Positions 1 through 13,599 are shown, counted from the stretch's first letter. The stretch: DNA of 64,000 bases from Oopsacas minuta (GCA_024704765.1 JAKMXF010000077.1:511220-575219), one strand, 5' to 3'. Translations and numbers: made by a program. The notes: generated from the sequence alone by a model not told the origin.

Positions 1-1389
1 CCTGCTTCATTATTAAAGAAGATCAGGGTATATTAGGTGAGGATATATGTTAGTCTGCCGGATCACCTATGAAACTTTGAACATGAATGAAAATTTGTTT
101 GATATAACGACCAGTCTAGTAGTGTATTCAGGAATGACGATAAAATTGCTGCAATCAGTTTGAAGTAAGGATGAATTTATAGGATAGGTTTTTCAATCAA
201 AATCATAAAGAGGCCGTTGTTATACAGAAAAGGAACAAAAATCGTGTATTCGAACAATGTTGAAACACTAGCCAACTATGCTGAAGAATCTCATTCGACA
301 CCACCCAATGCATATCATTTGGGGTTAGATCATAGAAAGGGTTATCCTAAAGTAGTTTTACCGACTGTATATAATTTACGCTGTAAAGATAGTGCAAAAG
401 GTTGTTTATTGGCTGATGTCACTGAGGCTTGGAAAAGGGGGAAGCATAATAAAATAATCGAAATGATGGCGGCAATAGGCCTTACCAAGCCTGTCAATGT
501 TTTCCTCAGATCTCAAGGTGATCAAAATGGTTCTCGGTATATTGGAAGCTACATCAAGCTTAATAATGCTGTATCTTGTAATTTGCTGGATAACTGAGAA
601 GGTGTTCTAAAAAAGATCATAATGAGAATTTTGAATATAGATACGAAACATGCCAATGACTGTTTCCAGTATCTGAAATGCATGCCCAACTTGGTTTACG
701 CGAAAGATTCGTAAATCTACTTTCGAAAAACTGATGGGTGATGAAAATTAGAGAAATTGAACCTGTAATGGTTTGACCCTCCTCTAGGCCCTGCTAAAGA
801 ATGCCATGGGGTAGATATACAGGAGGACAAGTATCAAAATCTATTAAACGAGGCCCGAAAGGCCGCGATTGCTAACCAAAAGCTAGCATCGCCAGTGTTA
901 CCACAGAAGGCCATTCATTGTAATTTGGATGGACCATGAATAATAGAAATAAAACTTTCACTCAACAAAAAATTTCCTCTGGGCAATTAATGCTAGGTAT
1001 ATCTAGTCGTATGTCTACCAAACCTATCAAGAAATGCAGCTGTATAATAGTTAAGCTCACCTGATGTTCTAAGGTGTCTCGCCGTGACCTAGCAAGCGTA
1101 GCGCGCTAGTATGTATTAATTGCATATAGGTTTCAACCTTAGAAATTCACTGGTCTCATCAGTTCATCTATAGAGCTTCTCTAAGTCATTTCATGATCTC
1201 ATAGGGCTGTAGCTAATAATTGCCTTTTTGTAATTATTATTCTCGTCTACATAATGTACATAATTTCACAGAAATTTATGCTTATTATATTTCATTTTAA
1301 CTCTCAATAGATAGTTATTTAAATAGTTACATAAGTATATACTGATTTACAATTTATTGTAACGTAGATATGTTTACATGAGTATTTTT

Positions 1390-3390
1390 CTGATCTACTT
1401 TAAAAGTCAATTTCTCTGAAATCTCCCTAATGCTTGCACAAACTTGTCACTCTGACAATTAAGACGTAACAGAGAATCAATTGTATTGTCTTCATAGTTA
1501 AACTACCTAAGAATCCTCTCTCTTAACATTCTGACGTATTGGTTTAGGGATTCGATGCATTCTTCAGCTAATTAATTCAACCCGAACCCACCATTATAAT
1601 CAGCAATGAGATCAGTGAAATGAGCATGGAGTTTATGTAGTGATGGCGTGATGCTGGCCCAGGAAAAGGTTGTCACTAATAAAGATATGTTTCCTAGCGG
1701 AACAGTTCTAGTTTTAGTGTATCAACTTTTGAACCACACCTGAATACTTGTAAGATCACAGATAGGTTCTGAAGAATGAAGGCCTTTGATAATCTATCTT
1801 TGGAAAAGATGATGAAGTCGCCCACTTAGTGAAATCCCTTTCATCAAGGAAACAGGATCGTAATATATTCCTTGCTGACCTGGTACCTCCATCTCAAGAA
1901 AGAAGATCTATAAGGAAGCTAGTTTTCTCCAATACGAGATTTCGAATTTGAGTCATAGAAGTTTTGACTGGAAGATAAGTAGGTTTTCATTTTTTAAGGT
2001 CAGCCTTTAGGTGATAAATCAATAATATGAACGCCTAAAATCGCACAAATGCCTATGCTAATTATCTTGATTCCTGAAACTGGTAGATGGCTAAGATTCC
2101 TCAATATTGAAGTGTTGGGAGATATCAATTGCATCTCTGATGTGTCAGTTGATGTGAAAATCTTACTCGATTTACTCTACATCTCTAGGCTACTTGTGAT
2201 AGGCTGTACACAACTGAGTAGACGCAACCCGCACCCCTCAAGATGCCTCACATTATTCTATCAAATATCATTCTCTTCATTGATACATTGACTTCTCCTT
2301 GATCAACTTAAATTCAATCTCTGCAAAAATTTTGTTTCACCATTGACGAGTTTCTCCAGTAAGTACTTGAAACTCTCAATATTCTGAGAAGCTATGCAAC
2401 TGGGCGGGCACAAAGGGCGAATTTGGAGATGGATAGTCTAAATTTAGGTTCCTGCTATATCTACAAGTGAGAGAACTTTATACGTGGAGAAGATAAATGC
2501 TATAGTAGTGGAAAGTTTAGGATTAGATTGTATCTAATTATCTACCCTATGGCTTCCAGAACCATCGAGACCATCGGTTAGCATAATGGCAATTAGAAAT
2601 TGAGACAATTGAAAAGGAGGAAGCAATTGTAGTAGTCGTTCAGCTGTTTTGTGAACTAACTTTGAATCTGTGATGCCTGAGCTGATTGATTCTCCCAGTT
2701 CATCATGGATTACCTTGATCTAGTTGGCTTAGGAAAAATTCATTGCGGAAAGCTGTTACCTTCTTGTAACCTGGAAATCTTAGCTCTTAAGACTTGCAAA
2801 TACGACGTAGATCTGATTATTTTCGATTTCGAAATTCAAGTATATCCAACATAAATGGTGATTTAGTGATAGGAAACTCCTTGGGTTTATTACAAGTTGT
2901 TCCAGATACAAATCACGGCAAATTTCGCTGTATCCCAGTCTGAAGCTTTGTCATTAAACAACTGAAGTGAAAGAACTTCAATTGATTTAGGCTCGGTAGT
3001 TTTCAAATCAGCTAGGAAATTTTTTTGCTAAAATAGTACATACAGGAGTGAGAAGTATAGTCTAATATAGTCTTACTTCTGTGATTTTCAACAGATTCGT
3101 CGTATCTAAATTAAACAAATTCATCAAACTTCTGTATTTTGATGAACAAGCTACTTTTTCGAGATATAAACACGTCTCTTCCCACGCAATTAGATGATTT
3201 CACTTGAAGAGTGACTGACGCAGGCTAGCGAGTTCAGGGAATTTCTTATACATGGCCACGGACTCAGATTCTGGAAAAATACTAAACAGGGAGACAAATT
3301 GGTGGACCTTGGTGACATTGAAATTCAAACAAGTACAAAACAATTTAGGTCACATCAGGTATTTCAAAAATGAACTGATTAGTTCAACAA
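1390..3390 (-). pseudogene. RAG1L: RAG1-like/Transib transposase copy A, heavily decayed (absent from the ORF track)
   Basis: Manual minus-strand translation gives LTDGLDGSGSH (~2560-2590), SFLIDLLS*DGGTRSARNILRSCFLDERDF (~1815-1920), ETYLLLVTTFSWASITPSLHKLHAH, LAEECIESLNQYVRMLRE and YEDNTIDSLLRLNCQSD (~1445-1700). These are collinear with copies B-E. Many stops and frameshifts; ends approximate. Confidence 0.88.
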
Positions 3391-3399
3391 TGTGTACGG

Positions 3400-5751
3400 C
3401 AGGGGTTCTCAAAAGTGGGCCATATGCCCCCCCCCTGGGGGCCCACACGAAATTATTGACTACAATGGGGGCCACTGAAATCTTTTAGATACTTCATTTT
3501 CAATCCGAATACCTAAGTATACGTAATTAATAATGAAGTCAACAAAGCTATATAGTGGTGTTAATGACAAAGGAATTCTCAATCTATCTTTCTACCACTA
3601 GTTATTCATTAATAAGTAACATCGGTGTTAGTGATTTATTTATTCGATAAGAGTGGCATGATATTGTCTATACGCAATCCAATATAATAATCATGACTCC
3701 TAATATTTTCTATACACAGTGGACTCTCCGAATAACGGACATGTTGGGGACATGGGTTCTTATCAGCTGTAGAGGTGTTGTCCGCTTCTAGGAGTCTCCG
3801 TTTTGGGAGACTCCACTGTGGCTATCATAATCTATACTTTTTAATAGATTATGTTATAATTACTGTATTTGCAAATATACATGGGTACTGCACCAAAAAG
3901 AAGTGCTGTGAATATTCGGTGGAGTACTTGCCATATGGATTTGTTCCGTCATAACATGATCTAAAATCCCGATGTGCCTCATTTATCACACCACATTACC
4001 TAATGATAGTATGCGTCGTTCAAAGTTGCGAAAGCATTTGTAAACAACACACAAAGATAAAATGGATAAACCGCATATCTACTTCAAATTTTACTTGCGA
4101 ATTTCAATAATAGAAACACTGTTGATAATATAGTGGCAAGGAATATAGTCAAAACAGAAGCAGGTCTAGTTGCTTCTTATCACATCTCGCAGTTAATTGC
4201 CAAGGTAAAGAAGCCGCATAACATTGGCGAATCATTGATCATTCCTGCAGTGTCAGTCGTTATCTCTACTGTTATGAAACAGAATGCAACAGGAGATAAC
4301 TAAGTGTATTCCTCTCAGCAACTCAACCGTGTCAGGCGCATTGATGAATGGCGGGAGATGTGGAAATGCAATTGGTAGCAAAGTTGAAAGTGATGGAGTT
4401 TGCCTTACAAATTTGTCAATCAACGCTGCAAAACGATGACGCCTTATTGTAAACCTATGTCAGATTTATTGATGGAGGTCAACGAAAACAGGAGATGCAG
4501 TTCGCAAGTAAACTTGATACAGACACAAAGGGTGAATCTATTTTTCATGTGGTTAATACATATTATATGGAAAAGAATACTCCTCTTGCGAATATAACTG
4601 CATAAGCTACTGATGGTGCAGCTTCTATGGTAGGTCGCTATCGTGGCTTATAGATTATTTGAAATTAGAAGTCCCTTCTATAATTTCCATCCATTGTGTG
4701 GCCACCGACAACACTTGGTGTCAAAAAAGTGGCGGCTGCCTAAACATTTCGATTAACAATTTTATCAAGGCTATCAATTTCATTAGGCCAAAAGACTCCA
4801 AAAGCGCCTTTTCCGTCAACTTTGTAATTAAAATGATCAGAAATTCGAACGCCTTCTCTTAGATACAGAAGTTCGTTGGCTGTCAAAGGGCAATTGCCTT
4901 CGTCCCTTTACTGAATTATGGGATAGTATTCAAGTGCTTCTCACTGGCAAAGAGTTGGCTCAGGCAGTTACACCCACGAAAAATAATTGTTTTTACCTAG
5001 CAGAGATTTTTGAAAAGCTGAACTCAATAAACCGAGAGCTACAGGGACAAAGTTCTTGATTAATAACTTGCAAAAGGGATTAATACTTTTGTGGCCAACT
5101 TCACATTTTTCGAAGTATTATTGGTCGCCGTGAGTTTTCACAATGCCGATGTTGAGTAAAGTTAGTAGCAACATCTCTGACAATGACCTGGAGATATATT
5201 TTTAGCATCTGAAACAGCTGATCGAGGAAATGCTGGTAAGATTTCATGATCTAATACAAATGGAGATTTCTGATGATAATTGACCCGTTTTCACTCCAGA
5301 TGGAAAATACTGATGTTTCGCTTCAAGAATCCCTGATAGATTTACAATCCGACTATAAAGCAAGAGCACGATTCAGACAAGGACTTTATAACCTCTGGTT
5401 GAGTATTGAGATACCATTAAAGTATCCATTTCTCTGGGTGCAAGCAAAGCTCTTCCTAACAAAATTTCCAACTTCATATCTTGTTGAATCTGGTTTCAGT
5501 CGTGTTAATTAATTGCTAATAAAAAGCCGTAATCGCCTGGATATTGAAGAAAGAGGTGATTTAAGATTATTGCTATCAAAAATTCAACCATATATAGAGA
5601 AACTGGCGAGCACGTATCAACCCCACATATCCCATTGACCTCCGATATCTATTCAAAAATTTCATTTATATCAAATATTTCTTTCAAATGCTATAATTAA
5701 TGATACGTACAAAACATACAGTTAGGAGGGCAAATAGTTTGAGGACCTCTG
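3400..5751 (+). mobile_element. hAT transposon (Buster/Charlie, ZBED5/FAM200-like transposase), decayed
   Basis: Termini CAGGGGTTCTCAAA (3400) and TTTGAGGACCTCTG (5751). Flanks GTGTACGG/GTGTAGGT match 6/8 as an 8-bp TSD. Fragments include EVRWLSKG (~4870) and FPTSYLVESGFSRV (5273-5512), the hAT dimerization region. Confidence 0.85.
3715..3820. mobile_element. ~106-bp MITE nested in the hAT element
   Basis: TIRs CACAGTGGACTCTCC / GGAGACTCCACTGTG. The internal layout resembles pogo/Tc1-type CAGTGG MITEs. No clean TSD. Confidence 0.7.
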
Positions 5752-6053
5752 GTGTAGGTATATTAGAAATTTTGAAAGTGTAGACAGTTTAACATTAAAT
5801 CTTAGTATGAGATTACAGTAGAGTAATCAAATTTCGTAAATACAAAAAAAGATAATTTTGATAATTCAGTATTACACAATAATTGCCTTGAATAACCTCA
5901 ATTAAGTCAAAAAATTCCTTGAACTCTATTTACCGAATATATTTAATTAAATTTAAGATGCATGTGTAGGTTTTCAAATTCAAATCTTCAAATAGAGTTA
6001 GATAAATGTAGTTATAACCAAAATCTAATTATAGCAATTTTGTAGCTAAAATA

Positions 6054-9000
6054 CACAGTGTGCCAAAAATCGCCATAATGACGTATAAGGTAACCATTTC
6101 AACAAGGCATGTTTTATGTGGTCTATATAGTAAATGGACACCGTAAATTTCAAAAATTTCATTTAAATTTTCCGTAGTATTACCACTATTGGGAATATGA
6201 CGTCATTTCGGTGATTTCATGATTTTTAACATTCACAGTTCAATAATACTATTTGTTATTTCTATTATTGAATTAATGTGGTATAAAGTCAAGTTTCCTG
6301 TTAGAAGGATTATAGCATATATATATAACTAGATGTTATATAATAATGAACCAGGGGTGTAGTTTTTTCCTTTAATACATATTTGAGTGGATTATACCTT
6401 GTGGAAAAACAATTACTAAATTTATAAACTCAATCTCTAATATTCTTTAATTAATTATCATTCTCCAACACTATGCTATTATATAAGATATCTTGGGGGT
6501 TATTTGGGTCATTTGCACTAGAATTCCTCGTTTTGGTGGATGTAAAACGATTCTGCACTAATAGGGGATCACTACAACACAGAAGGCGAATTAGAATATC
6601 TCGTACATTGTCAGAGAATGATGTTTTCTGGCAAGATTTTCCCGATACCGCCTCACGAACTTATTACAAGCTTCTAAACATTCTTCTGATAGATTCTGTA
6701 ATCCCCTGCCATTATTATATTCTCCAATAATCTTGAAAGAATAGGAAAGTAGCTTGTGTAAAGAGGGGGTGACGTTGGCCCATGGAAACTGAACTAAGAT
6801 GTATTCATACGTTTCTTTACACAATTCTTCCATTTTGCTACAATTAATTAAGTTACCGCTGTTCACAAGTCGTAAGACCACGGATAGATTAGTCTGGATC
6901 TTCTCTAATAAGGGTTTATCAGATACATTAATCGAGGAAGTCGCCCATTTTAAAAGTCTCGCTTATCCAAAAGCAATCACGTGCAATGTTCCCTTTAGTT
7001 GATGTACCCCTCTGACTTGAAGGAATATCCACAATGAAACTACACTTTTCTAGAAGAATTGCTCGAATTCGCCTCATAGATGTATTTACTTTGTGATTAG
7101 ATGGTGACCATACCTTGTGATCCGCATCAAGATGGTATATTAATAACATATACCACCGGAGTACACATAGGTACGCATGCAAAAGGGAGGCAGCAACTAT
7201 ATTGATTTCAGATGTGGGTTTGTGAGTTATACCCAAGCGTTGTTTGGAAGGGAGTTTGAGGAAGTCATCCTCACTAACATCATCAAAGAGTTGCCAAGCA
7301 TCGCTAATTAACCTGTTTATGGGGAATCCAGAACTAACCCAGTTAATGCTTTTAATTTCTTCATCAGATGTGGTACATAGATCACGAGAAGCTCCTCCAC
7401 CGCCACCTAACAGTATAGCCATTTTGGTGTCAAAGAGAAAAGGACAATATTAAATTGGACATCTCCTTCTATAGAGATAATCCGTTCATCAATATTTGGT
7501 TGGTGGGGATTGACAATACTATCCATGAGAAAATGAAAATCATTATAATCCTCTTTCAATGCTATTAACGCAACGGACTAATGAAAAAGAGGGAGTTAGG
7601 AGAATGGTTGTAGAAGACGTTGCTTCCAAGTATATGCTATTGATAATATTTTGGATCCAAATAAGATGAAACATTTAGTACTAAAGACAGGGTTATCATT
7701 TTGTTGGTTATAGGTGCGATGAGATCCGGAACCATCTAATCCATCTGATATCTTAACTGTGAGTGGATATTGTGAAATAGAAATTGGCACTAAGGTTGAA
7801 ATCAAGCGTTCGACTGTAAGCTTTAGTTTCGAATGATAGGAGATACAAGTTCCAATTGAGAAACCTTCTGGATCATGGACTATCTCAATCTCATTAATCA
7901 AAGTTATTCCTCTAATGTCAAGTCAAATTACCATCCTATAAGCTTGTCTCCAGATATCGTAGAGGACTTTTTTAAATTTTTATGTTTGCTCGCTCCAATC
8001 TCTAAACGGTCCAACAGAAAGGTAGATTTATCGTTGGCGCTTTGTGCAAGATTCCACTGAAAGAACCCTTGTTGGTGATCTCCTTACACACTTGTGAGGT
8101 ATCGCGATCGTAAGAATTGTTACATATTAATTCTAAAGCCAGAGCAGCTAGTTGTTTAGGCTCGACGTTTTCTCTTTCAGCTAAGAAATGAATATGGTCT
8201 AAAAGAATGCTCTGTCTAGATCTGGAAGTTTGAAGATTGCAGTCAAGTAAATGCTTTCTGGAATCATGGACAATTTCTTCAGAGAAATTTCGACTTTCAG
8301 AAATAGAAACTTTACGAAAAGGTTCAAATCCAGGATCGAGTGAAATTCTCTTCTTTCTCGGAATGGAAGTTGATAGGGGTGCAGTATATGAATGAAGGTC
8401 AAATTCTCCCAGGTCTCAAGATCACTCTTCTTCCAGTAATACTCTCTGGATAATATAAGGGACTTGAACTTATATAGAATAGTATCATATTCTTCCTGTG
8501 AAATATTATTACCATCAATAAGATACTGCACAGTGGCTTTAGGGCTTTTTCCCATTGAAATATAGCTAACATATGCTTCTTTGTTGGTTACAACAGAGGC
8601 CATTACCTCACTAGGAGCTATTATTAGATAAAAAAAGATTAAAATTATTTTCGTGCATCATCTAAATTGACAGGAGGGCAAGAATATATAGAATTTACTT
8701 GAATTTCAAAAATTCTAAAAATACATTTTCCGATTTTTGTCAGATCCAAGCATTGATGTACTCAAAAATATATTTGTGTACCCCGGTGCACGTCTGAAAA
8801 TTGGTGCATAATTTCAAAATTGTAAGCGCTATAAGCAATTAATAATAAATTATCATACTCTTTTGTCACCTGATAGATGCAGCACTCCAAACACTATATT
8901 AAAACTAAAACATTTCGCTCCAGGACTTCAAAACTAGACAGGCAACCAAATTTTTTGGAACCAATGATACTGATAATAATTGCATAAACTGATCTAATAT

Positions 9001-9271
9001 AATAAATAGGTCAAATTGATGATTAACTACAAACGTTATACAGTATATATTTGAAAGAAAATTGTTGCTAAGTTAGTTAGGTATTTACTATTGCGGTTAG
9101 CTATTTGAAATAATCTAAAATATCCTTACTTTAGCTCGGTGTAATCGAAATTCCCATGGGTCATACATACAATCATCAATATTTCCTACTAATTAGACGA
9201 CGGAGATTCATAAAAACGTAGTTAAATTCATAATTGAAATTTTGCCTAATACGCCATATCGGCACACTGTG
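6054..9271 (-). mobile_element. RAG1-like/Transib transposon copy B, full length (3218 bp), both TIRs present
   Basis: CACAGTGTGCC at 6054-6064 and GGCACACTGTG at 9261-9271. 5-bp flanks AAATA (6049-6053) and AGATA (9272-9276) match 4/5 as a TSD. Encloses the transposase pseudogene. Confidence 0.92.
6451..8603 (-). pseudogene. RAG1L: RAG1-like transposase of copy B (frameshifted, ~715 codons)
   Basis: ORF pieces 8199-8603, 7596-7901, 6928-7422 and 6591-6881. Motifs: NBD-like RKHLLDCNLQTSRSRQSILLDHIHFLAERE, ISDGLDGSGSH, THKP..IVAASLLHAY, GTSTKGNIAR, FPWANVTPSLHKLL, LSEECLEACNKFVRRYRENLARK, LIRLLCCSDP. Confidence 0.93.
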
Positions 9272-10086
9272 AGATATCTAGAGACCTATAGGTATATATA
9301 TATAAAAATTTGTATTCTAGGGTTTTGATAGAGCTGAAATGAATATGATATTCATTTTTCGGTACAAGTAATTCGAAAAATGGCCAAATCAACCATGTGG
9401 CGCAATGCCATTATCAAGGTTGCAACCACCCAAATCAAGTATAAGTATTCATGAATAGCAACCTAATCTAATACTGATATTACGGGTTAAGCGTCCCGTT
9501 AGCGACTGAAAATATTCTCTTTGGGCCAGTTCAATACTCAAAAAATGATATCCAGGTGTTAAACGAATATGAACTATTCGCAACAATATATTATTCGGTT
9601 CAAGAAATATCAAATTATTCGATTTCCACCTAGATAGTTAGGGAGAATCAGATGCTCTGCAATTAGTTCATAATGAATGTTGGAAAACCAGTACCTCTCC
9701 CATCGCAAAAAGGGATTGTTTGGCTATAGTCTGATCAAGTTTTTGCTAAAATTATGCTCTATATAAACACTTAGAGATCAATGTACCACCAACGTGAAGG
9801 CTTAAAATTGAATTCTATTGGGCTTAGAGAGATTAAAACTCTCCAAGGATTATCATGAGAAGTGAACTCACGAGTCAAATACACACAAATGATAATTGGA
9901 GTCTCAATAGAAATGGGGTCCCCACTGTAGGTGTGCATTTAATATATCAATTCTGAAACATCAAGGAGCTAGTACAATGCTTCGAAGAGAAAAATAGAAG
10001 TAAAAAAAGCGGCAAAGGAAAGACAAGATATAATACTAGACATATATACATATTGGAATTACAAAAGCATTAACGGAAATACATAC

Positions 10087-10177
10087 AAGGATAGATGTTT
10101 GTATAGCGATTCTTGTTTCTGTTAGAAAATTCCTTTGCAACTGAGTTGGTGGTTCCAGGTGCTTGCTCTTGTAGTTC
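10087..10177 (-). CDS. Exon of a receptor-type protein tyrosine phosphatase: start of the PTP domain
   Basis: tttag|GAACTA...CCTT|gtatgt, 91 bp, phase 0 to 1. Encodes ELQEQAPGTTNSVAKEFSNRNKNRYTNIYP(Y), containing the KNRY motif of classical PTPs. Phase matches the 37190-37338 exon. Confidence 0.9.
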
Positions 10178-10199
10178 CTAAAGCATGAAGTATAAATAC

Positions 10200-10740
10200 A
10201 CTCAACTCAATTGAATTAGGAAACTGGTTAATGGGGAAACAGCTTAATCGGGACAAATCTACACGAACAGAATACTTTCCATCAAACTGAATGCAAAATT
10301 TTTAAGTTAATCAGGAAAAGGCCTCTTAATTGAGACAAACTCTTGTAATCGATTGAAAATTATTTAATCGATCAAGACAGAATCCAATTGATCTTAGCAT
10401 AATCGAAAAGTAAATTAGATATCCAAAATTGTATTAATTTGGGATGAAATTTCTCTATAATTAATTGCTACTATTACTTTTTATTTTAGAAGTGAATATT
10501 ATTAACACTTTATTACTAAAGGCGCCAAAAGATCCCAAAATTTCAAATTTTGTAATTTGGGTGGAGATTGCTTCACAATAAATAGGTAAATTACAGTATT
10601 TCACTGATCAAATAGACCAAGACTGTAGGAAAGCATCATAAATAAAATTCTCCGGTTAAATGGATACTCTGCTCAATCGGGACAAAGTTCCTAGAACCGG
10701 TGAGTAGTAATTAACCGGAATAGGCTGTACAACAATAAAG
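10200..10740. mobile_element. Decayed pogo/Tc1-type non-autonomous element
   Basis: Repeated AATCGGGACAAA motif (~10247, ~10675) and a terminal CCGGAATAGGCTGTA, typical of TA-CAG-ended MITEs. Left end unclear. Confidence 0.4.
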
Positions 10741-13599
10741 TATAAGAATAGTGTAGGCTTGCAAGACCAGAATACCTCTGTGGCCAAAATATTCATCTTG
10801 AAACTGACTGAGGTCCATAAACTCAATTCAGTAAATATAATAAAATTTATGAGTAAAGTTGGTCAGAAATAAAAAAAGGACTCAATTTATACAAGTGTTC
10901 AAATTGAGACATTTGAATGTTTGCAATCGAAATAATACATAAGGTGTGCAATACTACGAACATTTTGTGGGTACAATAGCCTTTGCTCCAGGTCATTAAA
11001 AGGAAATTAAAGCTGTAGAGTCAGAGTCAGCCAATATTTAGCTATTCCCAAGTTTTCAGAGTTCATGAAATATGTTTCTTAAGTCACTAATATCTTTGCT
11101 CAATTCAGCATAATATTCCTTAAATACGGCATTGCAAGCCCCCAGCGCAATAATTTACTGAAATACCCATTGTCATAGTGTGAAAAAGGTAAATGTAGAA
11201 CGTGGGAAGCATGTTGAAATGTCACTGGATAAGTACCTCGAGGTAATAAAGAAGTAAAATTCTAGCTAAATTGTTATGTATTCCAGCATAAATCAAATAC
11301 ATATGTAGAAGATTTATGATACATTGCCTTAGAACACGATCTGGTTCGTCAGGTTCTACTGGGGCTCTCATTATTTCAACTAGACCAATTGAAATCTGCT
11401 TGCTTCGTGTGATACCATTTAATATTATGTAAACATCATGTTAACTATACAATAAATACAATTTAGTCCTGGCATAATACTTAATACATCCTATATATAA
11501 TGACTGTGTTTCTAACCTATCAATTTGATTTAGAGTAATGCCTATAGGTATAAAAGTCACTTGATCATTCTTTTAACTATTTTAAATTGGACATATTATA
11601 TCAAGTGTTGCTCGAGATCTCCAACACGACAATAGTAGTAGGGATGATAGAGTAAGCCAACTGTAGGGTAAGGGATTTTACAGATGGGGCGATCTAAAGT
11701 TTTGAAAGTTGGCGTTCAGGAGAGTTCATAATCAGTTGCAATTCATAGTGTAAGTGGGTGAAATGACAGGTTTAAGGCCGGAAATTGAATATTTGGTACA
11801 TCTACCACACATGAACGTAACGAAATATTCTTTGAAACTGACGAGTGTATGCTTTCTGCTTACAGCAGAACTTCAATGATGTTTGGATTGCTTTGACATT
11901 TTGCAAGGTATGTGTGCATTTAAAATGCTGAATCAAAATGAGAAGAAATTTTTGGAGGTATATGCGTTTAGATTTCAGCGAAGCGGAGTGGTATCACATC
12001 ATGCGGTCATGTATATTTAGTACAACCATCCTATGATTACAGCCCTTGAGCATTGGGGTTGGTATCCATTGTATCTGACTTAGGCCAGGAGTTCCTCTAA
12101 TGAAATAGGGACTAGATGGGTTAGTATTACTGGGTGACAATTGGCGGTGAAATATTATTTTCTTATTCTCGAATAATTAGTTCTTGGCATACCAGACGAG
12201 AACACATACAGCCTTAAATGCTTTAATTGCTTGGTAGGTCTAATCTAAGTCTTGTGCTGTATTTTATCGTGGCACATTAGCCATTTTTATGCAAGGTGAG
12301 TGAATGCATATGGATGATAAGCTGTTAGAGATCCAGTTTGAGTCGCGGCCTCTACAAGGATGGTGTATTACAAAAGGGGTGCTAAGAAAGGTGGCAAGGG
12401 GGCAATTACACCATACCAATAATATCATTGGCCGCAATACCTCCCCATTACATAGTGAGCGTAAATATTTATTAAATAAATTAGTTATTAAATTTTAAGT
12501 ACAGTATTCAATTTGTAGTGAGTACAATTCTAATGTATCAGCTAATGTGCTACCATTGAAATAGAACCAAATTCATCAATAGTGATGTACGTATATAAGA
12601 TATTGCACTAGAGTATATGGTATCCCTCGACATTAACCTTAATGTGCAAAATCACCAAACTCTTCTCCTAGAGCCATTTAAAGGGTGCATGTGATACTTG
12701 GAGACAATCAAACTACTTTCCACTATATAGGATATCGTTCATACCCATGTAAACGCTATTTTTCAGGATAAATCAAAAGTTGTAGGAAATCAAGCCTATT
12801 AATAATATTCACAGTATTTTTTCTTGAAATTATATCATATATATTTGGGCAGTGTAACGACATCAACACCACACGGTAAGTAATCAATATATAGATATAT
12901 ATTAACAACTAACAAATGATAATTACGTGCGTGACACATTATGAGAATAGAATATTAAACATTCCTGTGGATTTCTCGTGTTGCTAGGGAAAAAATGTTC
13001 CCAAAATATTCCTAAAGTGACTACTCAATGAAGTTAACGTTTTCGCTGATTACGAATATCATAAAATTTCGGTTGGCTTTCAATTAAAGGAGTTATATGT
13101 ATTATAATATGTTCAAAATGTATCCAAAAGTGACTCATCAAAGACTCTAAATATGGAAATGCCCAATGATATAAAAGGAACAGTATGTGGGAATGGGTTC
13201 TATACTGGTGGGACTATCGTAAAATAGTCCACAAACTATTGACTCGTGCATTACCCAATTCAAGAAGTGCCAGCCAATAGCCTTTCCTTTTCAGACTAAT
13301 ATGTTACTATATACCATGCAAATTGCATATGCCCCCCCTCCCAACAAATTTAAATGCTCCCGCCCTCCTGATATAATAGTTGTATATGAGGTGATTCGTA
13401 AGCCGTGGGATAAGGATTATAGATTAATGTGAAAAATTATTCCTTGGAACATGCACAGAGGTGGAGGGAAATTAATTGTAACTTTCTATTCTTCCAAAAA
13501 ATAGTAGGTAGCATGTAATTCCCAGTATATTATGTTGAATTCTACCTGCAATAATTCCAGTTACCAACAGTGGATCAAGATATTATACTATTTCCGATT

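Noticed and set aside
217-597. 126-aa plus-strand ORF as a gene
   Set aside because: No recognisable motif; probably the antisense shadow of a decayed retroelement fragment.
3715-3820. MITE with CACAGTG/CACTGTG ends as a RAG1L-mobilised element
   Set aside because: No 5-bp TSD (CTATA versus GCTAT), and the internal structure fits TA-CAGTGG pogo/Tc1-type MITEs, so the heptamer match is probably incidental.
8749-8765. Minus-strand YINA-like motif as the next PTP exon
   Set aside because: It lies inside the subterminal region of element B, without a usable frame or splice sites.
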